From positions 372,001 through 436,000 of the forward strand of contig JAHLWZ010000004.1 of assembly GCA_020536535.1 (NCBI GenBank): a DNA stretch of 64,000 nucleotides, read 5' to 3'. Of the stretch, positions 63,431 through 64,000 are shown piece after piece. The translations under genes were made by a program, and so were the position numbers. The DNA comes from Pelomyxa schiedti. Lineage: Eukaryota > Protista > Evosea. The notes beneath the pieces are model-generated. The model saw only the letters and a program-made list of their open reading frames with translations, did no database searches and was not told the origin of the DNA. How positions within the stretch are numbered: position 1 is the stretch's first letter; each line of letters opens with the position of its first letter.

Positions 63431-64000
63431 TCAAAATAGTTCATTACTTCCATTTCTATTCAGTGGATTGGCACAACAATATATACACCGATGTGCTGCA
63501 GGGGGGGAAAAAAATTACTCCAAGCACATGACAGTAGTGAAACACACCGCATGCAAATTCTTTATCATAGCTGCCAATTTCCATGGATTTACTGCAATGA
63601 CAGGCGTCTCTGCATTTGGTTGGGTAATGGGTAGAGATTAAGAGGGGAACCTCCTCCAGGGGTCATGATCTGTGTGTGTAAGAAGAGGAAGTCCGCGTGC
63701 TTTCAAAACTGCATTGACCTGGTTTCCATCCACACAGCTGGGGAATTTCAGTGTTTGAAGTTCAAAGGATGAAAAACCTTCCAGGGGTCAAACCACTGTG
63801 CCCAAGAACCTCTGGCATGCGACATGGGTGAAGAGTGAGCTGAATAACTGTTAAAATAACCAAGTAAGAGAAGTCATACTCCGTGTGTGGCAGCAATTCC
63901 AATTAGGTTATCGAGGATTCTTTCTTTTTCTATTAGGGGTGGATCAATGAGTTCTATTCCTGCTTGTGCCATCTGTTTTTTTGGTTAGTGTGATCTTATA
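63431..64000 (-). CDS. DUF1848-like (radical-SAM-related) protein, C-terminal part; 5' end outside the window
   Basis: Spliced: ...IAATHG|LTLHPCRMPEVLGHSGLTPGS|CVDGNQVNAVL...HDPWRR|DACHCSKSMEIGSYDKEFAC|AHRCIYCCANP. This matches the DUF1848 C-terminal pattern C.E...CID...R..C.C..S.DIG.Y..C.H.C.YCYAN. Confidence 0.75.

Noticed and set aside
1-64000. CRISPR arrays, rRNA, tRNA (including tRNA-Sec), intact transposons, alternative genetic code
   Set aside because: None were recognisable. Conserved genes use TAA, TAG and TGA as normal stops, so the SPS2 UGA is a specific Sec recoding and not a genome-wide reassignment.

Overview
Intron-dense eukaryotic genomic window. Introns are mostly GT-AG and about 40-65 nt, and intergenic spacing is compact. 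The gene content (Sel1-repeat protein, divergent Hsp70s, GH25 'amoeba-type' lysozyme, LNR protein) suggests a free-living amoebozoan or similar protist, possibly an archamoeba such as Pelomyxa; this is inference only. Genes reconstructed by hand, in order: ACAT/DGAT1-type MBOAT (5' truncated), selenophosphate synthetase 2 with an in-frame UGA (Sec) and a 3'UTR SECIS, decayed pseudogenic DNA, F-box protein, Hsp70 fragment, Sel1-repeat protein, frameshifted LNR + C-type-lectin gene, Sec16, C2 + permuted papain-fold protein, RecQ1-like helicase, tandem double alpha-arrestin, GABA transaminase, PAP2 lipid phosphatase, NAA10, THADA/Trm732, atypical Hsp70, Ras, olfactomedin-like protein, Rab1 paralog, GH25 lysozyme, PARP4-like protein, MYBBP1A/Pol5-like protein, Rho GTPase, and a DUF1848-like gene running off the end. 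The most striking feature is the PARP4-like gene. Its spliced product reads PARP(HYE) - VIT - vWA - Pro-rich linker - R-SNARE (synaptobrevin-like) coiled coil - prokaryote-type CFI-box-CTERM domain (split by an intron) - C-terminal membrane anchor. It sits head-to-head with the lysozyme gene. Exon boundaries were inferred by eye and domain calls come from motif recognition, not database searches.
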